Below, one piece after another: positions 38,891 through 49,048 of a DNA stretch of 64,000 nt; positions within the stretch are counted from its first letter, which is position 1, and each line of letters starts with the position of its first letter. The stretch is from an uncultured delta proteobacterium. GTDB lineage: Bacteria; Desulfobacterota; Desulfobacteria; Desulfobacterales; B30-G6. Position numbers and translations under genes: made by a program. The stretch is taken from NCBI GenBank assembly GCA_963823335.1, contig CAWGLD010000007.1:345409-409408 (forward strand). The letters are read 5' to 3'. The notes under the pieces were generated by a model. It was not told the origin of the DNA and ran no database searches. It saw nothing but the letters and a program-made list of their open reading frames with translations.

Positions 38891-40896
38891 AAACAGCCAT
38901 GGTTATTTTTCAACCTTCGGGCAGGCGGGGACAGGTGCCCCTGGGGATTTCCATCGTGGAAGCATCCCGGCGTCTGGGCGTGGATATCGAAGCTCCCTGC
39001 GGTGGAAAGCAGATCTGTGGCAAATGCAAGATCCGCATCGAACAGGGCTCGTTCCAGAAACTGAACATCGAATCAACCTGTCTGCACGCCGGTCCCTGGC
39101 AGGCCGGGGAAGAAAACTATATCTCACTTGAAGAAAAAGAAATGGGCTATCGTATGGGTTGTGTGGCCACCGTGGAAGGGGACCTGCTGGTTTTCGTTCC
39201 GGAAGCGGCAAGGGCCGGCAAGCAGGTGGTAAGCAAAGCCCCAAGACCCCTTGATATAAAGCTTAACCCTGCTGTGAAACAGTACCCTGTCGAACTGGTG
39301 CCGCCCTCTCTCAAAGATCCTGCCGGAGATTTTGAAAGAGTCTGTGCCGCCCTGGACAAACAGCACGGTCTCAAATCCCTTAGCATCGACCTATCCGTGC
39401 TGCGTGGTCTCCATGACATCCTGGAGGCGGGTCAATGGAAGGCCACTGTCTCGGTCTGGATGGATAAGGAAATCATCCATGTCCAGTCCGGAACAGGATC
39501 AGGAATATTCGGACTGGCCATCGACGTCGGCACCACCACCGTGGCCGCCTATCTGTGTGATCTGGCTTCCGGTCAGGTGATAGACACACTTTCCATGATG
39601 AATCCGCAGGTCAAGTACGGTGAGGACGTGGTCTCCCGGATCTCTTTTCACATGGAAAACCCCGACGGCTTGAAACGCATGAGTGCCGATATGGTGGCAG
39701 GTCTGAACAGCCTGGTGGAACAGGCATTGTCCCGGGAATATAGCCTGTCTTCACCAAATGGAACTGATCCCGTCAAAGATCAGGTCATTCGCATTCAGCC
39801 TGAGAATATTCTGGATGTGAGCATTGCCGGTAACACGGCCATGCACCACATTCTACTGCAACTGAACCCGGAACCTCTGGGTGTCATCCCTTTCACTCCT
39901 TCGGTACACCACAGTCTTGACATCAAAGCCCATGAATTAGGCCTGAAAGTCAATCCTGCGGCCCACATTTTCATTCTACCCAATGAAGCCGGATTTGTGG
40001 GTGGCGACAACGTGGGTGTCATTCTGGCAGAGGAACCACACCGTCAGGACCAGATTCAGCTGATTATCGACATCGGTACCAACGGCGAGCTGGTGCTGGG
40101 AAATAAAGACCGCCTGATCTGCTCATCCTGTGCCACAGGACCGGCCCTGGAAGGCGCCCAGATCGAATTCGGCATGCGGGCGGCCCCAGGAGCCATCGAA
40201 CGGGTAGCCATCGATCCTGAAACCCACGATGTGGACTTCAAAGTCATCGGCAGAGATCCCTGGCGAAGCTACTCCACGCCCAAGGACATGAAAACCAAGG
40301 GTATCTGCGGGTCCGGCATCCTGGATGCCATCGCCCAGCTGTTTCTGGCCGGTATCGTGGATAAAAGCGGCGCTTTCAGCAAGCATCAATTTTCGAATCG
40401 TTTTCGAACACACCCCGAAACCGGTATGAAGTCATTTGTATTGGCCTGGGCGGAAGAAACCAGTATTGAAAAGGATATCGTCGTGACACAACAGGATGTC
40501 CGGCAGATTCAGCTGGCCAAAGCATCCATTTATACCGGATGCAAACTCATGATGAGAAAACTGGGCGTCGACAGTGTGGACAGCGTCAAGATAGCCGGCG
40601 CTTTTGGATCCCACATTGACTGCAGACTTGCGCTGGTTATCGGCATGTTCCCGGATTGTGCCCTGGATAAAATCGTTTCCGTGGGCAATGCCGCCGGGGA
40701 CGGGTGCAGGATAGCGCTGCTGAACCGGGACAAGCGGGTTGAAGCCGACTGGATTGCCGACAATGTTCAGTATATGGAGCTGACCCTGGAGGAAAACTTT
40801 CAATGGCAGCTCATGGAGGCCATTCACCTGCCCCACATGACCGATACCTTTGATCATCTAGTGGGTGTACTTCCCGAGCCGGCACCAAAAAAATGA
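38887..40896 (+). CDS. ASKHA-domain corrinoid reductive activator (RamA/RACo-like) with N-terminal 2Fe-2S
   Basis: CGGKQICGKC, AIDVGTTT, DIGTNGE, GPALEG, GICGSG, AGAFG, VGNAA. ATGA-coupled to the Mo enzyme. Confidence 0.92.
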   Translation: MKTAMVIFQPSGRRGQVPLGISIVEASRRLGVDIEAPCGGKQICGKCKIRIEQGSFQKLNIESTCLHAGPWQAGEENYISLEEKEMGYRMGCVATVEGDLLVFVPEAARAGKQVVSKAPRPLDIKLNPAVKQYPVELVPPSLKDPAGDFERVCAALDKQHGLKSLSIDLSVLRGLHDILEAGQWKATVSVWMDKEIIHVQSGTGSGIFGLAIDVGTTTVAAYLCDLASGQVIDTLSMMNPQVKYGEDVVSRISFHMENPDGLKRMSADMVAGLNSLVEQALSREYSLSSPNGTDPVKDQVIRIQPENILDVSIAGNTAMHHILLQLNPEPLGVIPFTPSVHHSLDIKAHELGLKVNPAAHIFILPNEAGFVGGDNVGVILAEEPHRQDQIQLIIDIGTNGELVLGNKDRLICSSCATGPALEGAQIEFGMRAAPGAIERVAIDPETHDVDFKVIGRDPWRSYSTPKDMKTKGICGSGILDAIAQLFLAGIVDKSGAFSKHQFSNRFRTHPETGMKSFVLAWAEETSIEKDIVVTQQDVRQIQLAKASIYTGCKLMMRKLGVDSVDSVKIAGAFGSHIDCRLALVIGMFPDCALDKIVSVGNAAGDGCRIALLNRDKRVEADWIADNVQYMELTLEENFQWQLMEAIHLPHMTDTFDHLVGVLPEPAPKK

Positions 40897-40992
40897 GGAT
40901 CTTCTTCCAACAACTTGGGAGAAAGGGTTCAACCCTTTGGGAGATACTCCTAAAAATAAAAAGCCTTGACCCGGAATTTTCACTCCCGGTCG

Positions 40993-41958
40993 TCACTGGA
41001 TGCGTGTCTTGAGCCATGCAGCCAGTTTTGAATAGGGGTTGAAGCCCAGAAAGTCGGCGGCTTTGGGGTGATAGGTGGACACCGGGTTGATGTCGAAAAA
41101 ACAGGGGCTCGATTCTCCTTTGGGAATCAGATACTCGACACTGCCCACTTCCATGTGGGTTAGCCTGCAGATGTGGGCCAAAGAACCCCTCAGCAGGGTG
41201 TCCGGCACCTGGTCCAAAGTGACCGGATCATCAGGGAGTCCAGGGCCTGTTAAACTGCCCGCATTTCCCAAACAGTTGTTGAAGCTATGCGGTTCAACAG
41301 GCACCCTGGCTCGGTAAAGTACCTCACCACCCAGCAGTTCCACCCGGTAAATAACCCCATCCCGGGGGTTATATCGTCGCTGCCACACGGCCATGCCGTC
41401 TGCCGCGAAAGCCGCACTTAAAACCGCAGGCGGCACCTCCTGGTCGGGTGACTCAGGCGCCCAGACACCCGCACCAAAGCCACCCACATTGGATTTCAGC
41501 ATGCCGTCCGGCATTTGTTTTCGAGCGTCTGCAAGCATGGCCTTGTCATGCATCACCAGCGTTTTGGGGCTCATCACGCCGGCGTGCTCAAAAACCAGTG
41601 CCTGCAGGGCTTTGCTGGAACCCACATGATGGCAGTGGCGGTTGTTGATGATGTGCTTGCCCTGTAATTGGAGGGCCGACAGCAGATCTCTGACCAGGGA
41701 GACAAGTCCCGGAGACCCCATGGCCGTACGAATGGCCACACGATTGAAGATCACTTCAGGATAGGCACCTCCATCAAATTCGGTGAACGACGGATGGGAC
41801 AAGGGGATGATTCGGTTTGGAACTCCGGCCGCGTCCATCGCCCGTGCCAGAGGCTGGACCCAATTTAGGTTGTCGCTCAACAGGCCGATGGGCTGCTGCA
41901 TAACGAGCTCCGTATTTTTGCGCTGATTTAAGGAGATTGTTTCTATCATTTTCTGCAA
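40993..41958 (-). CDS. ATP-grasp (RimK-like) protein
   Basis: SKALQ...SPKT, LKSNVGGFGAGV, VEYL...FFDINPVS. Start uncertain. Confidence 0.75.
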   Translation of the reverse strand: MQKMIETISLNQRKNTELVMQQPIGLLSDNLNWVQPLARAMDAAGVPNRIIPLSHPSFTEFDGGAYPEVIFNRVAIRTAMGSPGLVSLVRDLLSALQLQGKHIINNRHCHHVGSSKALQALVFEHAGVMSPKTLVMHDKAMLADARKQMPDGMLKSNVGGFGAGVWAPESPDQEVPPAVLSAAFAADGMAVWQRRYNPRDGVIYRVELLGGEVLYRARVPVEPHSFNNCLGNAGSLTGPGLPDDPVTLDQVPDTLLRGSLAHICRLTHMEVGSVEYLIPKGESSPCFFDINPVSTYHPKAADFLGFNPYSKLAAWLKTRIQ

Positions 41959-42013
41959 CGCATGTCAATTATATGGAACCGATTGAAATGCTATGGAAAT
42001 TGTTCATTTAATT

Positions 42014-43441
42014 TCAATAAACTGAAGGCTTAATGTTTTGATTCATGTGAAATCGATTTTCCGGATCCCACTTGTTTTTAACTTCCACCAATCGATTCCA
42101 TACCTTATCTGTGTAGGCATCCTTGATTCTGTCCTCACCCTCCTCACTCAGAAAATTTACATAAACCCCGCTGGCGTACGCCTGGGTTTTTGCGTGAAAT
42201 TCTCTGGCCCATTTAAAACACTTTTCATCATTTTCAGTTTCCTGCCAGCGTGTGTGAATGTTGAGCACAAAAGGCGTGCTGCGGTGGGAAAATGCGGTGT
42301 TGTTTTCGGGGATGCGGCTCGGGGCACCCTCCATGTGCGGGATGAAGACCTCACATTCCTCAGAAGGCAACCTGCCGGCAAAATCAACTACCTGATCGAT
42401 GCAGGCATCACTGAGATTCTTCAGATGATGCGACTTCCAGTAATTACGGGCACCGTGGCCAACGAGCCCATCGAAACCGGACTGCCAGCCGACCCAGGAA
42501 TTCATACCGAAACCTTCACCCAGAGACTTGGTTGCCGCTCGAATAGGCGCGATGAATTTTTCGCCCTCCTCCGGCTCACCCAGCCACACAAAGGGTACGA
42601 TAACCACCATTTTTCCATGTACGTCCTCCGGCAGAAACGGCAGTGGGGGTGCGTGGCGTGCAACCATCCATACGGTCATTTCATCCGGCAATGTTCTCAC
42701 ATAGTCGCGATGGAATTGCATGTATTTTCGGGCATCGGTGAAATCCTTGACAATCAGACCGGAATAGACCTCTCGGCCGATATCCGCGCACTTGAATTCA
42801 AAGGAGGTGACAATACCGAAGTTTCCCCCGCCGCCACGGATACCCCAGAACAGATCCGGGTTTTTCTTTTCACTTGCCGTAACCACCTTTCCTTCAGCAG
42901 TGACCACTTCGGCCGAAATCAGATTGTCCACGGAGAGACCGTACTTGCGGCTGATCCAGCCGAAGCCGCCACCCAGGGCAAGTCCACCCACACCTGTATG
43001 AGACACGATGCCGGCCGATACGGCCAGACCATAAAGCTGGGTTTCGGTATCAACGTCACCAAGCAAACAGCCCCCGTCAACCCTGGCTGTTTGCTTCTGC
43101 TGGTTCACGGTAACCCGCCGCATGAGTGACAGGTCAATCATCAAACCGTCATCGCAGACAGCAGTACCGGCCGAGTTGTGGCCACCGCCCTTGACCGAGA
43201 TTTCTAAATCATTGCGGCGCGCAAAATTGACCGCCTGTATGACGTCACTTGTCCCAACGCAACGGGCGATGAGCGCCGGTCTTCTGTCGAACATGCCATT
43301 CCATATTTTACGAGCCTGATCATATCCATGTGTACCTGCTGGAAGTAGACTGCCGCGAAAGTTGATTTTAAGTTCTTCAATTTTGCTCTGTTCGATATTA
43401 TTTTGGGCACCATCGGTGCTTTTCGTATTTGTGGAATTCAT
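42014..43441 (-). CDS. FAD-binding oxidoreductase, VAO/berberine-bridge-enzyme family
   Basis: RRPALIARC, KGGGHN (covalent-FAD His), DLFWGIRGGGGNFG, YVNF...KWDPENRF. Confidence 0.92.
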   Translation of the reverse strand: MNSTNTKSTDGAQNNIEQSKIEELKINFRGSLLPAGTHGYDQARKIWNGMFDRRPALIARCVGTSDVIQAVNFARRNDLEISVKGGGHNSAGTAVCDDGLMIDLSLMRRVTVNQQKQTARVDGGCLLGDVDTETQLYGLAVSAGIVSHTGVGGLALGGGFGWISRKYGLSVDNLISAEVVTAEGKVVTASEKKNPDLFWGIRGGGGNFGIVTSFEFKCADIGREVYSGLIVKDFTDARKYMQFHRDYVRTLPDEMTVWMVARHAPPLPFLPEDVHGKMVVIVPFVWLGEPEEGEKFIAPIRAATKSLGEGFGMNSWVGWQSGFDGLVGHGARNYWKSHHLKNLSDACIDQVVDFAGRLPSEECEVFIPHMEGAPSRIPENNTAFSHRSTPFVLNIHTRWQETENDEKCFKWAREFHAKTQAYASGVYVNFLSEEGEDRIKDAYTDKVWNRLVEVKNKWDPENRFHMNQNIKPSVY

Positions 43442-43519
43442 TATTTTACCCTCCTTCTCCGGTTCATAAATTGTATTGGATCAAGACCCAAACTAACCAC
43501 AAGGTGGCATGCTGTCAAA

Positions 43520-45637
43520 CTATCGTAACTGGAAATTGGACAGATGAAGAACCTCGCAGCATGATGACAGGCATGATATTTTTTCGATGCGCACCGGTAC
43601 GATCTTTAGATTGGGAAATCCGCCTACAGGGTCCACGTCCCGGTCATCCGTGAGACAGTTGACATTGGGTTCGTTCCAGCCATGAGGAATTTCAATAAAT
43701 CCTTTTAATATCTTGTCGCTTTCCATTACTTTTACCGGGATGGAGATCTCCCCGGTCCTGGATACGATCCGGACAATCTCACCGTCCTGGATGCCCAACG
43801 CGGCCGCATCGTCGGCATGTATTTCGGCCTGGGCACCTGGGATCGCCTTTTTGAATTTTTCGATCTCATGGAACCGTGAGTGATAGAAAATCGCTTTTCT
43901 GGTACCACTGATCATCCGTAGAGGAAACTGAGACTCAAGCGCGGTCAAATAATCGGGCGGTTTGTATATCGGATGCGCTGAACAGCCCAGCGGTTCCAGC
44001 TTGGCCGAGACGAATTCGAATTTTCCTGAAGGTGTTGGAAATGGCCGGGTTTTGAATTTTTGATGCGTGACCCTGTCATTGATGACCCGTCCCTGCGGGT
44101 TGGCTATCAAATCTTCCAGAGAGATTCCGGTCGGTTCCAGAAGCCATCGGTTGACAGCACGTTCGTCCTCCCAGGGGAAATATGTTTGCCCAAAACCGAG
44201 TCTGTGTGCCAGATCATGCCAGAAGGTATACTCATCCCACACGCCTTCCACTTTCAGGACTTTTTGTGAAAGCGCCACCCGCTGTGCATCCGCATAAAAA
44301 TGAAGTTCAGAGCGCTCTAAAAAGGAGGCCGCCGGAATGATGTAGTGGGCCAGTCTGGCACTTTCCGTCATGAAAAGATCTCTTGCCACAAGAAGATTCA
44401 GGTTTGAAAAAGCCTTGGCCACTTTATTGGCGTTGGGGTTGGTCAACACAGGATTGGTACCGGAAAAGATCAAACCCTCGATGGGATATTCCCCCTTGCC
44501 GAGCATACAATCGATGCCGGGAAGCGAATGACACTTGCGCATGACATCGTAAAATAGCGGATAGCGCGCATAGCCTGCCGGGGTCATCTCTTTGAACTGC
44601 CTGTCACTCAAGGGGTTGAGCGGGTTGACCTGTATGTCCCCGTTCCAGGGCTCACCGCCCTGGATGTCGATGGCTCCGCACAAAGCACTCAAAGAGGCAA
44701 TGGCCCGGATGGTGTTGAACCCGTTGGTCTGGTGTTCCAGGGAGATTCCCGTAAAGCTGACACACCGGGGAAGGCTTTGCAGCATCATGTCCTGCATTTG
44801 ACCGAGAATCTGTTCTGAAACACCTGTCTGCCGTGCCACGTAAGACAAGCTGAATCTTTCCGCATATGCGGCCAGTTCTTCAAACCCGAGGCTGTATGAT
44901 CTGACAAATTCCTGATCATAGGCTTTCTCATGAATGAGAAACCGGATCAGGCAAAGGGCCAGGGCCGCGTCAGTGCCGGGACGCACCTGTAAAAAGAGAT
45001 CCGCTTTTTTAGCTGCCAAAGAACGCCGGGGGTCCACCACCACCAGTTTGCCACCCTGGCGTCTGGATCGATTGATGCGTTGCATGAACGGCGGATGAGA
45101 ATAGGCAGGGTTAGTCCCCCACAAAATGATCATTGCGGCCTTTTCGAAATCAGGCGGGTAAGACCAGTATCCCTGACAGGCCTGATAGGCCATGAGACGC
45201 AGTGCAAAACAAACGGAATCCGCGGTAAAAAAATTGGGCGAGCCAAAGGCGTGGATGAAGCGCTGGGCATAAGCCTCCTGCTGAAGAAAACCTATGGCCT
45301 CGCCGGTCCAGGCGCTCATGGCACGAGCACCGGACCTATCTCTGATATCCAGCATCTTCCACGCAATTTCATCCAGCGCATCATCATAGGAGATGGCCTC
45401 AAAACCGCCCTTTGCCGTCCTCTTGAGACAGCCGCTCAAACGCTCTGAATGATATACCCATTGCGGTGCTTCGCGCCCCTTGGGACATACCATGCCCCGA
45501 TTTTCGTGATGACATTTATTGCCCGAGACCGTTGCCACCCGTCCGTCTTTAACGTGCACGTATATCCCGCAATGGTGGGCACACTGCCGACAAAGGGTGT
45601 GGATGGCACCGTTATGGATGATGGTTTTGGACTGCAT
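43520..45637 (-). CDS. Mo/W-bisPGD oxidoreductase catalytic subunit, cytoplasmic (copy 2)
   Basis: CRQCAHHC...CPKG; WTGEAIGFLQQEAYA shared with copy 1; ADSVC; IIPAASFLE. Confidence 0.9.
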   Translation of the reverse strand: MQSKTIIHNGAIHTLCRQCAHHCGIYVHVKDGRVATVSGNKCHHENRGMVCPKGREAPQWVYHSERLSGCLKRTAKGGFEAISYDDALDEIAWKMLDIRDRSGARAMSAWTGEAIGFLQQEAYAQRFIHAFGSPNFFTADSVCFALRLMAYQACQGYWSYPPDFEKAAMIILWGTNPAYSHPPFMQRINRSRRQGGKLVVVDPRRSLAAKKADLFLQVRPGTDAALALCLIRFLIHEKAYDQEFVRSYSLGFEELAAYAERFSLSYVARQTGVSEQILGQMQDMMLQSLPRCVSFTGISLEHQTNGFNTIRAIASLSALCGAIDIQGGEPWNGDIQVNPLNPLSDRQFKEMTPAGYARYPLFYDVMRKCHSLPGIDCMLGKGEYPIEGLIFSGTNPVLTNPNANKVAKAFSNLNLLVARDLFMTESARLAHYIIPAASFLERSELHFYADAQRVALSQKVLKVEGVWDEYTFWHDLAHRLGFGQTYFPWEDERAVNRWLLEPTGISLEDLIANPQGRVINDRVTHQKFKTRPFPTPSGKFEFVSAKLEPLGCSAHPIYKPPDYLTALESQFPLRMISGTRKAIFYHSRFHEIEKFKKAIPGAQAEIHADDAAALGIQDGEIVRIVSRTGEISIPVKVMESDKILKGFIEIPHGWNEPNVNCLTDDRDVDPVGGFPNLKIVPVRIEKISCLSSCCEVLHLSNFQLR

Positions 45638-45688
45638 GGGAGATATTTTCCTTTTATCGATTATGAACCGAAAATATCAAAAATAATT

Positions 45689-45845
45689 TGAACGTCGAAC
45701 ATCGAACGTCCAACATCCAACTTCGAATGTGGCTGTCAGTCACACAGCGTAAAAGAATGCGCCGCGTGTCGCTTTGTCTCATTTATCAAAGAGATAGAAT
45801 TCCACATTCGATGTTCAGCGTTCGATGTTCGATGTTGGACGTTCA
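45689..45845. repeat. Inverted heptamer arrays, family B (AACATCG/AACGTCC)n
   Basis: ~44-bp arms at 45689-45732 and 45802-45845. Related copies at 31554-31603, 53187-53345 and 59590-59635. Confidence 0.8.
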
Positions 45846-45852
45846 TCTTTTC

Positions 45853-47322
45853 TCAGACGGAAAGCTGTTCACCGGCCAGTCTGTCTGCTGCCTTATCTAC
45901 TATGGCGTCGAGTCGTTCAATGGATCCATGGGACAAGCGCTCGGGTTTATGGTTGGCCAGAATCTCCAGTGCCTTTTCAACCACCACCTCGCTGTACCGT
46001 TTTCCGCCGTTCTTTTTCCAGATTTCCGGACTCTGGCGGTTGACAAAATGCGGGGTCCAGTGTTCCTCCCTGCAATACTTGAGGGTCTGCCCATGGGCCA
46101 GGAAATTGCCCCCCGGTCCCACTTCGTGGATAACGTCCAGACCAATCCGGTTGCGGGAGATCTCAAAACCGCGCTGGATTCTGCGGACATAACTGATAAT
46201 CTCACTGCACATGACCACCGAAGCTACAGACCCCACCAGACCCTGCCCGAGATAACCCACATCGTGCACCAGATTGCAGCCATCCAGGGTCGCCATCATG
46301 ATGGAGGCCATGCATTCCAGGGCAGCCTGCTCGTCCAGAGTTCCGGCATCGCTGCAGCCAGCCTCACCCCAGACCGGAAGCCCGTAGTAATGGTAGAGAT
46401 CACAACAGGCAGAATGGGTCAGCCGCTCATCTGGACTGGCATAGACGGTGGTACCGGTACGCATATCCATGGGCGTAGCTGAAAATCCGGTAATCGCAGG
46501 GGCACCTTTGGCTCTCAGTTGCTGGATGACGAGACCGCTGAGCGCTTCGGCATTAGCCACGACAATCGCACCGGCCAGGGTGACCGGTCCACTGCCGCCT
46601 GACAGAAGGGCGGGCGAGTAGTTCAGGGGGATACCCTTGTCCGCACACATGAACAGCTTGTCCACAGCACCGCAAGAATGGACCAGGGGGCTGATAGGCT
46701 CGGCATAGTGGATGATAAATGGCTTTTCCCGCAAGCGGTCTTTACCACCCAGAACATCTGAGGCCATCTCCAGGATCACACCCAGATCATGGGAGCCTGC
46801 GGATGTAAAATAGATGGGCTTGGGCGAATTTTCCATCAGGGCCTTGAATTCCATCACAAAAGCCAGGTGTCCGGGCACGTCCAGGGGAAAAGCGTTGGAG
46901 GCGATAAAATCGATCTCTTCGCAGTAATCGCCCACAACCGCGGAATCGATGACATCCTGCAGGCACGAGGGTCTCAGCTGGCCTGTTTTAAGATCCCATG
47001 TATTGAGAAGGTCGGTTCCCATACCAAAACAGACATTGGTTCCCCCCAGTTCCATGGCGGGCTCACCCTTGCGGTTATACACGGTAACATGCGAGGGTGC
47101 CCACTGTATGCTCTCTTCCACCAACCCGGCAGGAATCTTGACGATGGTTTCATCAACGATTCTGCACCCGGCATGCTTTAAAAGCTGAAGCGCCTCTTTA
47201 TTCAGAACCTTTATCCCGGTTTTCTCCAGAAGCGCAAGGGTGGCCTGGTGGATCTCCTGGATCTGTTCTTCCGTCAACAGACGGTAGTCGGGAATACATT
47301 GTGTTTTAAAACCTGTTTGCAT
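45853..47322 (-). CDS. MttB-superfamily corrinoid methyltransferase, pyrrolysine-free (copy 2)
   Basis: Close paralog of copy 1 (FGMGTDL, IIHYAEPISPL, NLVHDVGYLGQGLVGS). Start moved to ATG 47322. Confidence 0.92.
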   Translation of the reverse strand: MQTGFKTQCIPDYRLLTEEQIQEIHQATLALLEKTGIKVLNKEALQLLKHAGCRIVDETIVKIPAGLVEESIQWAPSHVTVYNRKGEPAMELGGTNVCFGMGTDLLNTWDLKTGQLRPSCLQDVIDSAVVGDYCEEIDFIASNAFPLDVPGHLAFVMEFKALMENSPKPIYFTSAGSHDLGVILEMASDVLGGKDRLREKPFIIHYAEPISPLVHSCGAVDKLFMCADKGIPLNYSPALLSGGSGPVTLAGAIVVANAEALSGLVIQQLRAKGAPAITGFSATPMDMRTGTTVYASPDERLTHSACCDLYHYYGLPVWGEAGCSDAGTLDEQAALECMASIMMATLDGCNLVHDVGYLGQGLVGSVASVVMCSEIISYVRRIQRGFEISRNRIGLDVIHEVGPGGNFLAHGQTLKYCREEHWTPHFVNRQSPEIWKKNGGKRYSEVVVEKALEILANHKPERLSHGSIERLDAIVDKAADRLAGEQLSV

Positions 47323-47414
47323 ACCTGTTCCTATTGTGATTTGTGATTTTAGTGTTTCACTCGAATCCTCGAATCCTCGAACCCTGGAATCCTTGATCAA
47401 CTTTTTTGCGTTGA

Positions 47415-48050
47415 TCAGAAGATATTTTCTTTAATCACCGTACTGAAGTGATCGATGTGCCGCTCCATGATCTCTCTGGCATCCTTGTGTTTTCTTTTTT
47501 TAATGGCCATCAGGAGTTCCGCCAACTCCTCAAACTGTTCACGAAACTCGGCGGCCGAAAATCCAACCTGGAACCAGTACATGGACATCTTGTAAAGGAG
47601 TGATTCGATCATTTCCTTGAGCTGTCTGTTTCCCGAAGCATCATATAAAATCCCATGGAACTCCATGTCGATATCCGACATTTTTTTTAGATCATCCATG
47701 GTGTTGGTTTTTACCTGGGCGGTCAATTCGAGCAGGTGCTGCAGTCTCTGAAACTGATCGGGTTCCATATTCAGCGCGGCCAGCTCTGCAGCCAGACCTT
47801 CCAGTTCCCGGCGCAACTGGATTGTATCGCGTAATGTCCGCATATCCAGGCTGATTACACGCGTTCCCAGTTTGGGTATAATCTCGATGAGACCGTTTCG
47901 CTGAAGTTCCTGAAAGATTTCCCGCAGGGGTGTCCTGCCGATCTGATATTCATGCATCAACACCTTTTCATACAGCTGTTGACCGGCATGAAATTCATTG
48001 GTTATAATCCGGTATCGCAAGTTCTCATATATTTTCTTTTTCGGAGACAT
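47415..48050 (-). CDS. GntR/FadR-family regulator (wHTH + FCD)
   Basis: IGRTPLRE HTH; DMEFHGILYDASGN; MERHI. Confidence 0.9.
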   Translation of the reverse strand: MSPKKKIYENLRYRIITNEFHAGQQLYEKVLMHEYQIGRTPLREIFQELQRNGLIEIIPKLGTRVISLDMRTLRDTIQLRRELEGLAAELAALNMEPDQFQRLQHLLELTAQVKTNTMDDLKKMSDIDMEFHGILYDASGNRQLKEMIESLLYKMSMYWFQVGFSAAEFREQFEELAELLMAIKKRKHKDAREIMERHIDHFSTVIKENIF

Positions 48051-48102
48051 CCTCCCCTCCCAACCCGTTATTGATCTCCCTCAAAGTATGCTGTAATAAT
48101 GC

Positions 48103-48154
48103 TTGACAGATCGATGCGCTACTTATATATGTCTTATATATAACATGTATATCA
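48103..48154 (+). promoter_or_regulatory. Putative promoter/operator of the second hut operon
   Basis: TTGACA at 48103, direct repeat CTTATATAT x2 and TGTATATCA in the divergent gntR intergenic region. Confidence 0.45.
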
Positions 48155-48200
48155 GAAGATTTGCAAGACCTTTTTTCCGATCACCTCCAGATTGAGTTGA

Positions 48201-48430
48201 TTGAAGAACCTCGCAGCAAGCTACGGGGAATGCGCTCGCTGTTGCGGTTCAACATAAGGGTTCGTGGGGATTAAGACCTTGGTTGGAGGGTGACCGAAAG
48301 CTATTAGCAGTAAGCAGTTTATGGCTATTAGCTCACCGCTAAAAGCAACAATAAATGACGCGCGAAGCGCTAATGTCGTCCGATAGGACAAATGACAGCC
48401 GAAGGCTAAATGTCGCCCACAGGGCAAAAG
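48201..48430. repeat. Family E element (48201-48252) and family D cluster (48345-48430)
   Basis: Matches to the copies at 30711, 4206 and 14898-15050. Confidence 0.75.
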
Positions 48431-48484
48431 GCACCCAACAGCCTACAGCCTAAATTCCTAAAAAGCTAAAAATGGAGCCTCCTC

Positions 48485-49048
48485 ATGCAAGAAAACATCA
48501 ATGCCTTTTTACGTGTCCTGGATGCCACCGACAATTCCACCGGCGGCGGGACCGCCTCGAGCATTGCGGGCGCCATGGCCGCTGGACTGGCAGCCATGGT
48601 GGCGCGCCTATCCATGGACAAAAAAAACCTTGCACCCACACAGACCTATCAATCCATAGCAGCAGAAGCGGAAATACTTTCTGCAGAACTTTTTAATGGC
48701 GGTCAAGAGGATGCCGCCGCCTTTGACCGGGTCACCAGGACCTATAAGATGCCAAAGGATACCACAGCCGCCAAAGACGCGCGGACCCAGGCCGTTCAAG
48801 AGGCCATGCAGCACGCGGCAGAAGTACCCCTCTCAAACGCTGCACGATGTAAGCGGGTTCTGGAAATCTGCCAGCGTCTGGGAAAAAGCTACAACACCAA
48901 TGCGGCCTCTGATCTCGAATGTGCCCTCCACCTGGCAACAGCCGGCCTGAAAGGATGTGCCGCCAATGTCAGAATCAATCTGCCCTATATAAAAGATGAG
49001 AGCATTCGCAAAGATATCGAGGAAAAATTGGAAGCGATTCTGCAGTAA
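48485..49048 (+). CDS. Formiminotetrahydrofolate cyclodeaminase (FTCD C-terminal family)
   Basis: GGGTASSIAGAMAAGL, DAAAFD, NAASD, NVRINL. Confidence 0.9.
   Translation: MQENINAFLRVLDATDNSTGGGTASSIAGAMAAGLAAMVARLSMDKKNLAPTQTYQSIAAEAEILSAELFNGGQEDAAAFDRVTRTYKMPKDTTAAKDARTQAVQEAMQHAAEVPLSNAARCKRVLEICQRLGKSYNTNAASDLECALHLATAGLKGCAANVRINLPYIKDESIRKDIEEKLEAILQ

Noticed and set aside
36830-45637. Formate dehydrogenase or Sec-containing assignment for the Mo enzymes
   Set aside because: No in-frame UGA and no FDH (C/U)H active-site motif.
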